64,000 nucleotides of DNA from Candidatus Dormiibacterota bacterium. GTDB lineage: Bacteria; Chloroflexota; Dormibacteria; Aeolococcales; Aeolococcaceae. The number at the start of each line of letters is the position of its first letter. Position 1 is the first letter of the stretch. The notes beneath the pieces were generated by a model. The model did no database searches, was not told where the DNA came from, and saw only the letters and a program-made list of their open reading frames with translations. Of the stretch, positions 1 through 9,348 are shown one piece after another. The position numbers and the translations under genes are program-made. The DNA lies in NCBI GenBank assembly GCA_036828955.1, contig DAISRJ010000001.1, positions 69,778 to 133,777 on the forward strand. The letters run 5' to 3'.

Positions 1-1944
1 GAGCTCAACCTCTACTGCCGGCAGTCGCTCCGTCGCTACCTGGACGACGCCGAGATCTTCGAGATCACCAAGCAGGGCCTCACACATTTCGCGCGCAGGT
101 TTAAGATGCCCTACCCCTTCGGTGCCAAGTACGACCAGCTCTTCGTCCCCGAGTTCAACGCCGGAGCGATGGAGAATGTCGCCTGCGTGACCTTCAACGA
201 GGAGAGCACGATCTACCGCGGCGCCGTGCCCGCGACCGTGTTGGCGTGGCGCGCCGGCACCATCCTCCACGAGATGGCGCACATGTGGTTCGGCGACCTC
301 GTGACCATGCGTTGGTGGGACGACCTCTGGCTCAACGAGAGCTTCGCGACCTACATGGGCAATGACGCGCAGGCGGAGGCGACCAAGTACACCAGCGCGT
401 GGGTGGACTTCGCCAACGGCGACAAGTCCTGGGCCGCGTCGCAGGACCAGCTGCCCACCACCCACCCCATCGCCGCGGACGTCCCTGACGTCAGCACAGG
501 GCGCCTCAACTTCGACGGCATCAGCTACGCGAAGGGCGCCTCCGTGCTGCGTCAACTGGTGGCGTGGGTCGGTGAGGACGCCTTCTTCGGGGGCGTGCGC
601 GACTACTTCGCCGAGCACCAGTGGGCCAACGCGTCGCTGCGCGACTTCCTCGCACCGCTGGAGCGCCATTCGGGGCGCGACCTGGCCGAATGGACGCGTG
701 AATGGCTCCAGACGGCGGGCATGAACGTGCTCCGCGCCGAGATCTCCACCACGGCCGACGGCATCATCGAGAGCTGCACGATCCTCCAGGAGGCGGCAAG
801 CCCCGCGTTCCCGACGCTGCGTTCGCACCGAGTCGGCGTCGGCCTCTACGACCTCGACGACGACGGCCGCCTGGTGCGCACCGAGCGCCTCGAGCTGGAC
901 GTCAGAGGCGCGCGCACCGAGGTCACCGCACTGCAGCGTCGGGTGCGTCCCGCGCTCCTCCTGCTCAACGACGGAGACCTGACCTTCGCCAAGATCCGTC
1001 TCGACGACGTCTCCACCCAGACGGTCATCGACCACCTCTGCGACCTCGATGACGCCCTCGCCCGCTCGCTGATCTGGGCGGCGGTGTGGGACATGACCCG
1101 CGACGGTGAGCTGCCCGCCAGCCGCTACCTCAGCCTCGTCGCCCGCCACGCCCCCAACGAGCCGCTGCCGACGATCGTCGACGACATCCTCGGCCAGGCG
1201 ATCAGCGCCGTCGAGCTGTACAGCCATCCCGAGAACCGCGCGGGCCTGCGCGCCATCCTCCATGCCACCGCCAAGCAGATCCTGAAGCAGTCGAAACCGG
1301 GAACGCCGCACCAGCTGACCGCCCTGCGCGCCACGGTCACGACCGCCGACAGCGACGCGGACCTCAACATCGCCGAGGGACTGCTCGCCGGCACGGACCT
1401 CCCCGAAGGCATCGTCGTCGACCAGGATCTGCGCTGGTTCCTGGTGCGCAGGCTCGCCGCCGCGGGCAGGCTCGACGAGGCCGCCATCGCCGCCGAGTCG
1501 GCAGGTGACAAGACCGACGTCGGCATGCGCAAGGCGGCGGCCGCCCGCGCCGCCCGGCCCGACGCGGCCGCCAAGGAAGCCGCATGGGAACGCCTCACAG
1601 ATCCCGAGACCCCGCTGGCCACGCAGAAGGCGCTCATCCGAGGTCTCCAGGACCGCGACCAGCAGGAGCTGTTCGCTGCCTTCCTCACCCGCTGGGCGGG
1701 GATGGTGCCGCGCTACTGGCGTGAGCGGAGCGCAGAGGAGGCCGAGTTCTTCACCGCGGGGATGTACCCGTTGTTCCGCGTCGACGACGCCGTGGTGGCC
1801 GCAGCCGATCTGCTTCTCGAGGGGACTGAGCTCAAGGACGCGGGGCGTCGCCTCGTCGTTGAGAGCCGCGACCAGACACTCCGTCTGCAGCGCGCCCAGG
1901 CAGCCGACCGCGCGTCCGAGGCCGAGGTCGGACTCCGAACCTAG
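1..1944 (+). CDS. pepN: Aminopeptidase N (M1 family); 5' end cut by the window edge
   Basis: Frame 1 is open from nt 1 into the 106..1944 ORF. GAMEN exopeptidase motif (NAGAMENV) and gluzincin motif HEMAHMWFGD...WLNESFATY are present. Confidence 0.9.
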   Translation, partial: ELNLYCRQSLRRYLDDAEIFEITKQGLTHFARRFKMPYPFGAKYDQLFVPEFNAGAMENVACVTFNEESTIYRGAVPATVLAWRAGTILHEMAHMWFGDLVTMRWWDDLWLNESFATYMGNDAQAEATKYTSAWVDFANGDKSWAASQDQLPTTHPIAADVPDVSTGRLNFDGISYAKGASVLRQLVAWVGEDAFFGGVRDYFAEHQWANASLRDFLAPLERHSGRDLAEWTREWLQTAGMNVLRAEISTTADGIIESCTILQEAASPAFPTLRSHRVGVGLYDLDDDGRLVRTERLELDVRGARTEVTALQRRVRPALLLLNDGDLTFAKIRLDDVSTQTVIDHLCDLDDALARSLIWAAVWDMTRDGELPASRYLSLVARHAPNEPLPTIVDDILGQAISAVELYSHPENRAGLRAILHATAKQILKQSKPGTPHQLTALRATVTTADSDADLNIAEGLLAGTDLPEGIVVDQDLRWFLVRRLAAAGRLDEAAIAAESAGDKTDVGMRKAAAARAARPDAAAKEAAWERLTDPETPLATQKALIRGLQDRDQQELFAAFLTRWAGMVPRYWRERSAEEAEFFTAGMYPLFRVDDAVVAAADLLLEGTELKDAGRRLVVESRDQTLRLQRAQAADRASEAEVGLRT

Positions 1945-1974
1945 CGCGGTACGCTCCCATTTGCCTTCAGGTCG

Positions 1975-4671
1975 ATGCCACAAACGGATGACATGACTTC
2001 CGACGCCTTCCTGCAACAACTCCCCGACAGCGACCCGGACGAGACCGGGGAATGGCTGGAGTCGCTGGACAACCTGGTGGCCACCGAGGGTGTGTCGCGG
2101 GCGCGCTTCGTCCTCGGCAAGCTCACTGAGCGCGCCCGCACGCTGCAGGTCGGCGTCCCGGCGATGGTGTCGACCCCATACATCAACACCATCCCGCCCG
2201 AGGAGGAACCCTGGTTCCCCGGCGACGAGGAGATGGAGCGGCGCATCCGCCGCATCGTGCGCTGGAACGCGGCGGTCATGGTCACCCGCGCCAACAAGCG
2301 CACCGACGGCATCGGCGGCCACCTCAGCACCTACGCGTCGTCGGCATCGCTGTACGAGGTCGGCTTCAACCACTTCTTCCGTGGCAAGGACGACGGCAGG
2401 TCGGGCGACCAGATCTACTACCAGGGCCACGCCGCACCAGGCATGTACTCACGCGCATTCCTGGAGGGACGGCTGACCGAGGAGAACCTCGACAACTTCC
2501 GCCACGAGGTTGCCGGAAAGGGGCTCAGCTCCTATCCCCACCCCCGGCTCATGCCGGACTTCTGGGAGTTCCCGACGGTGTCGATGGGCCTCGGCCCGCT
2601 CAACGCCGTCTACCAGGCGCGTTTCAACCGCTACCTGTACCAGCGCAAGATCGCCGACACCAGCGAGTCGCGCGTGTGGGCGTTCCTCGGCGACGGCGAG
2701 ATGGACGAGCCCGAGGCGAGTGCCGCACTGCCACTGGCGGCGCGTGAACAGCTCGACAACCTCATCTTCGTGGTCAGCTGCAACCTCCAGCGCCTCGACG
2801 GCCCGGTGCGCGGCAACAGCAAGATCGTCCAGGAGTTGGAGTCGCTCTACCGCGGCGCTGGCTGGAACGTCATCAAGGTGATCTGGGCGCGCGAGTGGGA
2901 CCCGCTGCTCGCCCGCGACGTCGACGGCGTGCTTGTCGACAAGATGAACAGCACCAACGACGGCCAGTTCCAGAAGTTCTCGACAGAAACCGGTGCGTAC
3001 ATCCGCGAGAACTTCTTCGGACCCGATCCCCGCTTGCGCAAGCTCGTCCAGCACCTCAGCGACGACGACCTGCGCCACCTCCGTCGCGGCGGCCACGACT
3101 ACCGCAAGGTCTACAGCGCGTTTCGCCTCGCCGTCGAGCAGAAGGGCGCGCCGACGGTGATCCTCGCCCACACCGTCAAGGGGTGGACCCTGGGGTCGCT
3201 GTTCGAGGGGCGCAACGCCACCCACCAGATCAAGAAGATCGGCGATACCGAGATGAAGGCCTTCCGCGACAAGCTGCAGCTGCCCATCAGCGACAAGCAG
3301 CTGGACCACGGCGTCGTGCCGTACTACCACCCCGGCACCAAGTCCGACGAGATCGATTACCTGATGAGCCGGCGTCTTGCGCTGGGCGGGATGCTTCCCA
3401 AGCGGGTGGTGCGCAACCGTCCCCTGCCCGCCCCCGGCGACTCGGTGTGGGCCGATTCCATCACCGGCAGCGGCGGTCGCGCGGTGTCGACGACGGCGGC
3501 GTTCGGGGCCATCCTGCGCAACCTGCTCCGTGAGCCCGAGGTGGGCCGAAGGGTCGTGCCGATCATCCCCGACGAGGCGCGCACCTTCGGCATGGACGCG
3601 CTCTTCCGCGAGGTGAAGATCTACGCGCCGTTCGGACAGCGGTACGAGCCCGTCGACGCAAGCATGGTGCTCAGCTACCAGGAAGCTCGCGACGGTCAGC
3701 TGCTCGAGGAGGGGATCACCGAGGCAGGCGCCATGGGCAGCTTCACGGCAGCGGGCACGGCCTACGCGACCCACGCCGAGGCCATGATCCCGTTCTACAT
3801 CTACTACTCGATGTTCGGCTACCAGCGCGTCGGGGACCTCGTCTGGGCGTTCGGTGACGCACGTGGCCGCGGCTTCATGCTGGGCGGCACGGCCGGTCGC
3901 ACCACCCTCAACGGCGAGGGGCTGCAGCACCAGGACGGCCATTCCCCGCTGCTGTTTTCCGCGGTGCCCAACTGTCAGGTGTACGACGCCGCATATGCCT
4001 TCGAGGTGGCGGTGATCATCCGCGAGGGGATGCGCCGCATGTTCGAGCGCGGTGAGGACATCTTCTACTACCTGACGCTCTACAACGAGAACTATGCGAT
4101 GCCCCCGATGCCCGAGGGCGCCGAGGACGGCATCCTGCGTGGGCTGTACCTGTTCCAGCGCGCTCCCGAGGACAGGCCTCACCGCCTCCAGCTCTTCGCC
4201 AGCGGTACGGCGATGCAGGCGGCGGTCGAGGCGCAGGCGATGCTCGCCGAGCACGACGTGGCCGCCGACATCTGGGGCGTCACCAGCTACCTGGCGTTGC
4301 GCAACGACGCACTCGCCGCGGAGCGCTGGAACCGGCTCCATCCCGAGGGCCCGCACCACACCTCGTACCTCCAGGAGCAGCTCGGACTGCTGCCCGGCCC
4401 GGTGATTGCGGTGAGCGACTACCAGAAGACGGTCGCAGAGCAGGTGGCGCGCTTCGTCCCCCAGCGATTCGTGCCCCTCGGCACCGACGGCTACGGGCGC
4501 AGCGACACACGCGCCGCGCTCCGCAGCCACTTCGAGATCGACGCCCCCAGCATCGTCATCGCCGCCCTCGATGCGCTGGCCGACGAGGAGCGGGTGCCGC
4601 GGCACGTGGTCACCGCAGCCCTGGAGGAGTACGGCGTCCGCACCGAGGGTGCCGAGCCGCGCCTGCTCTAG
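1975..4671 (+). CDS. aceE: Pyruvate dehydrogenase E1 component, homodimeric type
   Basis: 898-aa ORF. ThDP-binding region FLGDGEMDEPE...SCNLQRLDGPVRGN. Length and N-terminus are typical of AceE. Confidence 0.93.
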   Translation: MPQTDDMTSDAFLQQLPDSDPDETGEWLESLDNLVATEGVSRARFVLGKLTERARTLQVGVPAMVSTPYINTIPPEEEPWFPGDEEMERRIRRIVRWNAAVMVTRANKRTDGIGGHLSTYASSASLYEVGFNHFFRGKDDGRSGDQIYYQGHAAPGMYSRAFLEGRLTEENLDNFRHEVAGKGLSSYPHPRLMPDFWEFPTVSMGLGPLNAVYQARFNRYLYQRKIADTSESRVWAFLGDGEMDEPEASAALPLAAREQLDNLIFVVSCNLQRLDGPVRGNSKIVQELESLYRGAGWNVIKVIWAREWDPLLARDVDGVLVDKMNSTNDGQFQKFSTETGAYIRENFFGPDPRLRKLVQHLSDDDLRHLRRGGHDYRKVYSAFRLAVEQKGAPTVILAHTVKGWTLGSLFEGRNATHQIKKIGDTEMKAFRDKLQLPISDKQLDHGVVPYYHPGTKSDEIDYLMSRRLALGGMLPKRVVRNRPLPAPGDSVWADSITGSGGRAVSTTAAFGAILRNLLREPEVGRRVVPIIPDEARTFGMDALFREVKIYAPFGQRYEPVDASMVLSYQEARDGQLLEEGITEAGAMGSFTAAGTAYATHAEAMIPFYIYYSMFGYQRVGDLVWAFGDARGRGFMLGGTAGRTTLNGEGLQHQDGHSPLLFSAVPNCQVYDAAYAFEVAVIIREGMRRMFERGEDIFYYLTLYNENYAMPPMPEGAEDGILRGLYLFQRAPEDRPHRLQLFASGTAMQAAVEAQAMLAEHDVAADIWGVTSYLALRNDALAAERWNRLHPEGPHHTSYLQEQLGLLPGPVIAVSDYQKTVAEQVARFVPQRFVPLGTDGYGRSDTRAALRSHFEIDAPSIVIAALDALADEERVPRHVVTAALEEYGVRTEGAEPRLL

Positions 4672-5870
4672 TGGGTCGCGCCCGGCGCCCGATGGGCTCG
4701 TCGGGGGCCGTCATCCTGGCCGCCCTCCTCGCCCTGGTGTGCGGCGCCTGCGCAGACGCCACCGGGGCGCCGGTGAAGGGCAGGGGCCAGCCCCTCGCGT
4801 CATTGCTCGCCGGGCCGGCGCCGGGCGGCCCCCTGCTGGGGGTGACCTGCGCCGGCGACGCGGAGTGCTGGGCCGTGGGCGGGAGCGCGCCGGGCACCCT
4901 GCACTCCCACGCCCTCGTGGAGCGCTACAGCGGGACGGGCTGGGCGCTTGGTTCAAGCCCGGTCGCGGCCTCCGGCCGGGGCAGCGTGCTCTTTGGGGTG
5001 AGCTGTGCCGGTGTCTCCGAATGCTGGGCGGTGGGCGCCAACCGGGACGGGCCAGGAGGCGACCAGCAGCCGCTCATCGAAGGATACGGGGCTTTGGGCT
5101 GGTCGGTTGTGACAAACAGGATTCCCGGCAACACGGCCCTGTACGGCGTGGCCTGCCCGGCACACGACGACTGTTGGGCGGTAGGCGCGACGGGACCATC
5201 GTCCGCGCAGACCGGCCTCGTGCTCCACGACGACGGCACCGGCTGGTCGACCGCCGCCTCCCCAGCGAGCCCGGGGCCGAGCTCGCTGGACGCGGTGGCA
5301 TGCGCCGCTGTCGACAACTGCTGGGCGGTGGGCTCGGCGGGCGCTCAACACACCCTGGTCGAGCGCTTCGACGGCACGTCATGGTCGGTCGTGACCTCGC
5401 CGGACACGGGCGCCGGCGCGGCCACGCTGAGCGGCGTCACCTGCACCGCGGCCTCGGACTGCTGGGCGGTGGGTGGCGACACCGCAGGTGCCATGAGCGC
5501 GCCGCTCATCGAGCACGACACCGGGAGCGGCTGGACCATCGTCCACAGCGCGGTGCCGCTCTTCAGCACCGGCAGCTCTCTCCAGGCGGTGGCGTGCATC
5601 AGTAAGTCCAACTGCTGGGCGGTGGGCGTGTCCCGGTCCGCCGGAGGTGGTGCCCAGGGTCTGTCTGAGCAGTTCAAGGGGACGGCATGGGCGGTGATCC
5701 GCGGGCCCGCGGCGGCGCAGAACCACGTCGCCAGCTTCAGCGGGGTGACCTGCCCGGACAGCGACGACTGCTGGGTGGTGGGCAGCTGCGGCACCGCCGG
5801 GAGCCCCGGGTGCGGTGGCTCGGCCTCGCTGATCGCGCTCTATGACATGGTCCTGCCGGACGGCCACTGA
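4671..5870 (+). CDS. Secreted repeat protein with seven C-x5-CWAVG units (beta-propeller-like), function unknown
   Basis: GTG start shares one nt with the aceE TAG stop (TAGTG). N-terminal hydrophobic signal-like segment (AVILAALLALVCGACA). Seven ~50-aa repeats each carry G(V/A)xC-x5-CW(A/V)VG and a D/G-G-T-x-W motif. Confidence 0.7.
   Translation: MGRARRPMGSSGAVILAALLALVCGACADATGAPVKGRGQPLASLLAGPAPGGPLLGVTCAGDAECWAVGGSAPGTLHSHALVERYSGTGWALGSSPVAASGRGSVLFGVSCAGVSECWAVGANRDGPGGDQQPLIEGYGALGWSVVTNRIPGNTALYGVACPAHDDCWAVGATGPSSAQTGLVLHDDGTGWSTAASPASPGPSSLDAVACAAVDNCWAVGSAGAQHTLVERFDGTSWSVVTSPDTGAGAATLSGVTCTAASDCWAVGGDTAGAMSAPLIEHDTGSGWTIVHSAVPLFSTGSSLQAVACISKSNCWAVGVSRSAGGGAQGLSEQFKGTAWAVIRGPAAAQNHVASFSGVTCPDSDDCWVVGSCGTAGSPGCGGSASLIALYDMVLPDGH
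4833..5846 (+). repeat. Seven tandem ~150-nt coding repeats (C-x5-CWAVG units) inside the 4671..5870 CDS
   Basis: The second Cys of each pair falls at residues 66, 118, 168, 217, 264, 315 and 367 (spacing 47-52 aa). The DNA core gaNtgctgggcggtggg recurs about every 150 nt. Confidence 0.7.
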
Positions 5871-5888
5871 ACGAGCTGAGCTGCGGCC

Positions 5889-6827
5889 TCAGGGGCTCGG
5901 CGCCGGCGCAGGGGTCGGCAGGCCGGCGCCGGACGGCGACGGGCTCGGCGACGCCGCGGCGCAGGGGTCGTCGCCAACGTTGCTCACGAAGATGTGGATC
6001 TGCCCGGCGGCGCAATCCTGGGCGAGCGACTCGAAGATCGCCTCAGAGAACCACTTCGGGCGCTGGTTGACGGTGTAGGGCTGGGGCGCGTTCACGATGA
6101 TGTGCACCAGGGTGAGCGTGGTGGCGTCGGACGACTGAAGCTGGATGATGTCGTACCCCTGGGCGTCGTGGACCGGCGGGTTGGTGTAGGCGCCGGCGTG
6201 GAGCGCGAGCACCGCTGCTGCGTACGCCGGGTCGTCGCCCTGGACCTGGGTGCGCGGCACCGCGCCGAGCTCACCGCCCTTTGACGAGGTGGCGCTGTCG
6301 TCGGAGAACTGTGATGCCAGGCTTGCAAAACCCGTGCCGGCAGCCAGGCTCTGCTCAATCTCCGTGGCCCGCTGCTGGGCGAAGGTGTCCTCGAGCTTCT
6401 GCTCGTTCAGCGAGGAGCGGATCTCGTCGCGCAGCTGCGCCAGCGAGCCGCCCAGTGAGGCGAGCTGGCTGACCAGCTGCGACAGTCCGCCGGCCGCCTG
6501 GGTGTCGGCGGAGAGCTGCGTCTGCACCTCGCCGGCCGTCGCGGCCACTCCGGACGCCGTCGCCTCCTGGGCGATGACTGTGTCGATGAGCAGGCTGCGC
6601 AGCACGGAGGCGCGCACCTGGGAGGTCATCGCCGCGTTCCCGGTCGGCCCGCCAGCCTGGGCGACGCCGGTGAGCGCGCTCTGCAGGCGGATGTTGAAGA
6701 GGTCGGCGGTGATCGCCGTCGGGCCCACGCGCGCGATCACCTGCGCCGTCGGCGAGGACGACGTCGACGTGCCCGAGCTGCACGAGCAGCAGAGCACAGC
6801 GAGGAGGACGACTGAGGCACGACCCAC
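5889..6827 (-). CDS. Putative lipoprotein with SurA-N-like and parvulin-like (PpiC) regions
   Basis: Signal/lipobox-like N-terminus (VVLLAVLCCSCSSG). Rotamase-like segment GFASLASQFSDDSATSSKGGELG. The parvulin N-terminal half was not seen, so activity is uncertain. Confidence 0.55.
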   Translation of the reverse strand: MGRASVVLLAVLCCSCSSGTSTSSSPTAQVIARVGPTAITADLFNIRLQSALTGVAQAGGPTGNAAMTSQVRASVLRSLLIDTVIAQEATASGVAATAGEVQTQLSADTQAAGGLSQLVSQLASLGGSLAQLRDEIRSSLNEQKLEDTFAQQRATEIEQSLAAGTGFASLASQFSDDSATSSKGGELGAVPRTQVQGDDPAYAAAVLALHAGAYTNPPVHDAQGYDIIQLQSSDATTLTLVHIIVNAPQPYTVNQRPKWFSEAIFESLAQDCAAGQIHIFVSNVGDDPCAAASPSPSPSGAGLPTPAPAPSP

Positions 6828-6838
6828 GTCGGCCCAGT

Positions 6839-8209
6839 CTAGTCAGCGCTCCGCACGGCACCACCGTCCACGCCAGCGGCGGCGCTGAAACGGGCTCGAA
6901 ATCCGGGCGACACCGCCACCGTGATGGCCACCACGCCCACCACCAGGGCGCCGATGCCGACGGCGTTGAAGAGACCGAAGAGGTGCTGCGCGCCGGCGTA
7001 CATGAAGGTGCCGAGCGGCTGAAGGCCGGCGAAGAGCATCGCGTAGATGCCCAGCAGCCGCCCGAGCACGGCGGGATCGGCCTCCGTCTGCAGCAGGGTC
7101 ATCATCGACGTGTTCATGGCCAGGAAGGCGAAGCTGATGCCCACCAGCGCCACCAGCGTGAGCGGCAGCAGCGACGAGTGCGCGACGGTGAACAGGCTCA
7201 CCGCGTACACGGCGCCGCCGACCACGAGGAGGCGGCGCCGCCCGCCGGTGTTGCCGACAGTGGCGATCACAACGCCGCCGACGACGCCGCCGATGCCCCC
7301 GATGGAGTACAGAAGTCCGAGCACGCCGGCGCCACCGTGCAGCTGGGTTCGTGCCAGGATCGGCAAGAACGGCATGTACGAGACACCGAAGAACGCGAGG
7401 GCGGCCGTGACCATGACGATGCCACGCACGAGAGGGTCACGACGCACGATGCGCACCCCGTCGAAGAGCTCGCGCAGCGCGGTTGTTCCCGCCGCGCGGG
7501 GCAGGGGCGTGACGTCGGGGATGACCGTGAGCAGTACCCCCAGCGGCGCAATGTAGGCCAGCGAGAGCACGGCGAAGCATGCGCCCGGCCCGGCGGTGGC
7601 GATGAGCACGCCCGCCAGCGAGGGCCCGATGATGCGGGTCGCGCTCATCGCGGTGGAACTGAGCGCGACCGCGTTGACGATGTCGCGGCGGCCGACGAGG
7701 TCGGAGACCATCGCCTGGCGGGTCGGCAGGTCCAGCGAGTCTGCCGAGCCGTACACCACCGCCACGGCCATGATCGCCCAGAAGGTGGCGTGCCCGGTGA
7801 GGGCGAGCGCGGCGAGCACCCCAGAGCTGATCCCGAGCACCGACTGGGTGCAGAGGAGGATGCGGCGCCGGGGCAGGCGGTCGGCGAGGAGCCCGCCGGC
7901 CAGCGACAGGATGACCGCCGGCAACCCGTCGGCAGCCGCGACGGCGGCCACGGCCGTGCTGCTGTGGGTGCGGTCGTACACCAGGTAGCCGAGCGCCACC
8001 ACCTGCATCCAGGTGCCGAGCAGGGTGGGCCACTGCGCGATCCAGTACCACCGGAAGGCGCGCACCGCCAGCGCCGGTGGAGGCCAGTGGCGCAGGGGCG
8101 GTGCCGCCACAGGCTCGCCGCCGAGGGCGGCCGGCAGCGGGCTCACCACCGGCCCTGGGGGCACCACCGCCTCGCTCTTGCGCACGGGTGCATCATCGCT
8201 GCCCGTCAC
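6839..8209 (-). CDS. MFS transporter
   Basis: 456-aa, about 12 hydrophobic segments. The N-terminal region RAFRWYWIAQWPTLLGTWMQ and loop motif GGLLADRLPRRR are typical of the MFS_3/EntS-like family. GTG start. Confidence 0.8.
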   Translation of the reverse strand: MTGSDDAPVRKSEAVVPPGPVVSPLPAALGGEPVAAPPLRHWPPPALAVRAFRWYWIAQWPTLLGTWMQVVALGYLVYDRTHSSTAVAAVAAADGLPAVILSLAGGLLADRLPRRRILLCTQSVLGISSGVLAALALTGHATFWAIMAVAVVYGSADSLDLPTRQAMVSDLVGRRDIVNAVALSSTAMSATRIIGPSLAGVLIATAGPGACFAVLSLAYIAPLGVLLTVIPDVTPLPRAAGTTALRELFDGVRIVRRDPLVRGIVMVTAALAFFGVSYMPFLPILARTQLHGGAGVLGLLYSIGGIGGVVGGVVIATVGNTGGRRRLLVVGGAVYAVSLFTVAHSSLLPLTLVALVGISFAFLAMNTSMMTLLQTEADPAVLGRLLGIYAMLFAGLQPLGTFMYAGAQHLFGLFNAVGIGALVVGVVAITVAVSPGFRARFSAAAGVDGGAVRSAD

Positions 8210-8256
8210 GCGGTCGTTCGGCTCGGAAGCGGGAATCGCTGATAGGCTCGGGCATC

Positions 8257-9114
8257 GTGAGCACCGCCCTGGTCATCTTCCTCGCCGCCCTGCAGGGGTC
8301 CACCGAGCTTTTCCCGGTCTCGTCGCTGGGCCACGCGGTGGTGGTCCCCGCCATCTTCAACCTCGGGGTCGACCCAGCCGCTCCCAGCTTCGTGCCCTTC
8401 CTCGCCCTCCTGCACGTCGGCACCGGTGTCGCGCTGCTGGTCCTCTACCGCGAGCAGTGGTGGCGGATCATCCGGGGCTTCATCCGTGCCTCCATTCGTG
8501 GGCGCATCGAGACCGGCGACGAGCGCCTCGCCTTCCTGCTCGTGGTCGGTACCATCCCGGCCGGGGTCATCGGGTTCCTGCTCGAGAACCCGCTGAAGTC
8601 CCTCTTCGCGCACCCCCGAACTGCTGCCGCGTTCCTGGTCGTCAACGGCGCCATCCTGCTGGCGGCGGAGCTTCTGCGCCGCCGTGAGGAGCGCCGTCGC
8701 GGCTCGACAGAGCGAGCGCAGCGCGAGCAGCGCTTCGGCACCGTCGAGGAGCTCACCTACACCCGCGCCGGGTTGGTGGGGCTCTTCCAGGTGGCGGCGC
8801 TACTTCCCGGCATCTCCCGCTCCGGGGTGACCATGGCCGGCGCCCTGGTCGCCGGCCTGAGCCACGGCGAGGCGGTGCGCTTCGCGTTTCTCCTGGCGAC
8901 CCCGATCATCCTGGCGGCCGGCCTGCTCGAGGTCCCCCAGCTCCCCGGCAGCGGAGCGCCGCTTGGCCTTTACACTGTGGGAGCGGTCGTCGCCGGGGTG
9001 ATCGCCTATGCCAGCGCGCGGTTCCTCGTCCGCTACTTCGAGATCGGACGGCTCGACCCGTTCGCTGGCTACTGCGCGGCCCTCGGCGTGACCGGGCTGA
9101 TCGTCCTTCGCTGA
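8257..9114 (+). CDS. uppP: Undecaprenyl-diphosphate phosphatase
   Basis: In-frame GTG at 8257 gives VSTALVIFLAALQGSTELFPVSSLGHAVV (the BacA/UppP signature). The longer track ORF from 8077 overlaps the divergent MFS gene. Confidence 0.88.
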   Translation: MSTALVIFLAALQGSTELFPVSSLGHAVVVPAIFNLGVDPAAPSFVPFLALLHVGTGVALLVLYREQWWRIIRGFIRASIRGRIETGDERLAFLLVVGTIPAGVIGFLLENPLKSLFAHPRTAAAFLVVNGAILLAAELLRRREERRRGSTERAQREQRFGTVEELTYTRAGLVGLFQVAALLPGISRSGVTMAGALVAGLSHGEAVRFAFLLATPIILAAGLLEVPQLPGSGAPLGLYTVGAVVAGVIAYASARFLVRYFEIGRLDPFAGYCAALGVTGLIVLR

Positions 9115-9129
9115 ACACACTGGAGTTCC

Positions 9130-9333
9130 ATGAACCCTCGGACCTCGCTCCCCGCCATCCTGCTCGCCCTCCTCGGGGTGCTCTTCATCGCCTTCGCGAT
9201 CTTCTACGCGACCACCGACACCGGGCTGTTCGCGAGCGCCGTCGCCCGCCACTACAAGCACGCCACCGTCGCCGCGGTGCTGGGTGTCCTCTGCTTCGTC
9301 GGCGCCAACTTCGCGAGGCGTCGCACCGCCTGA
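9130..9333 (+). CDS. Small membrane protein (2 predicted TM), hypothetical
   Basis: 67-aa ORF with high third-position GC, TGGAG 5 nt upstream of the ATG, and two hydrophobic helices. Confidence 0.55.
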   Translation: MNPRTSLPAILLALLGVLFIAFAIFYATTDTGLFASAVARHYKHATVAAVLGVLCFVGANFARRRTA

Positions 9334-9348
9334 TCAGGCCACCCGGCC

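Noticed and set aside
2449-4605. 718-aa ORF antisense to aceE. Similar very long alternative-frame or antisense ORFs occur at 15448..16746, 19888..21159, 23704..25350, 31173..32687, 49818..51437, 58630..60534, 59472..61727 and elsewhere.
   Set aside because: These are typical stop-codon-poor artefacts of a ~70% GC genome. The products are Arg/Pro/Gly/Ala-rich with no motifs. Each overlaps a gene with clear family signatures on the other strand or frame.
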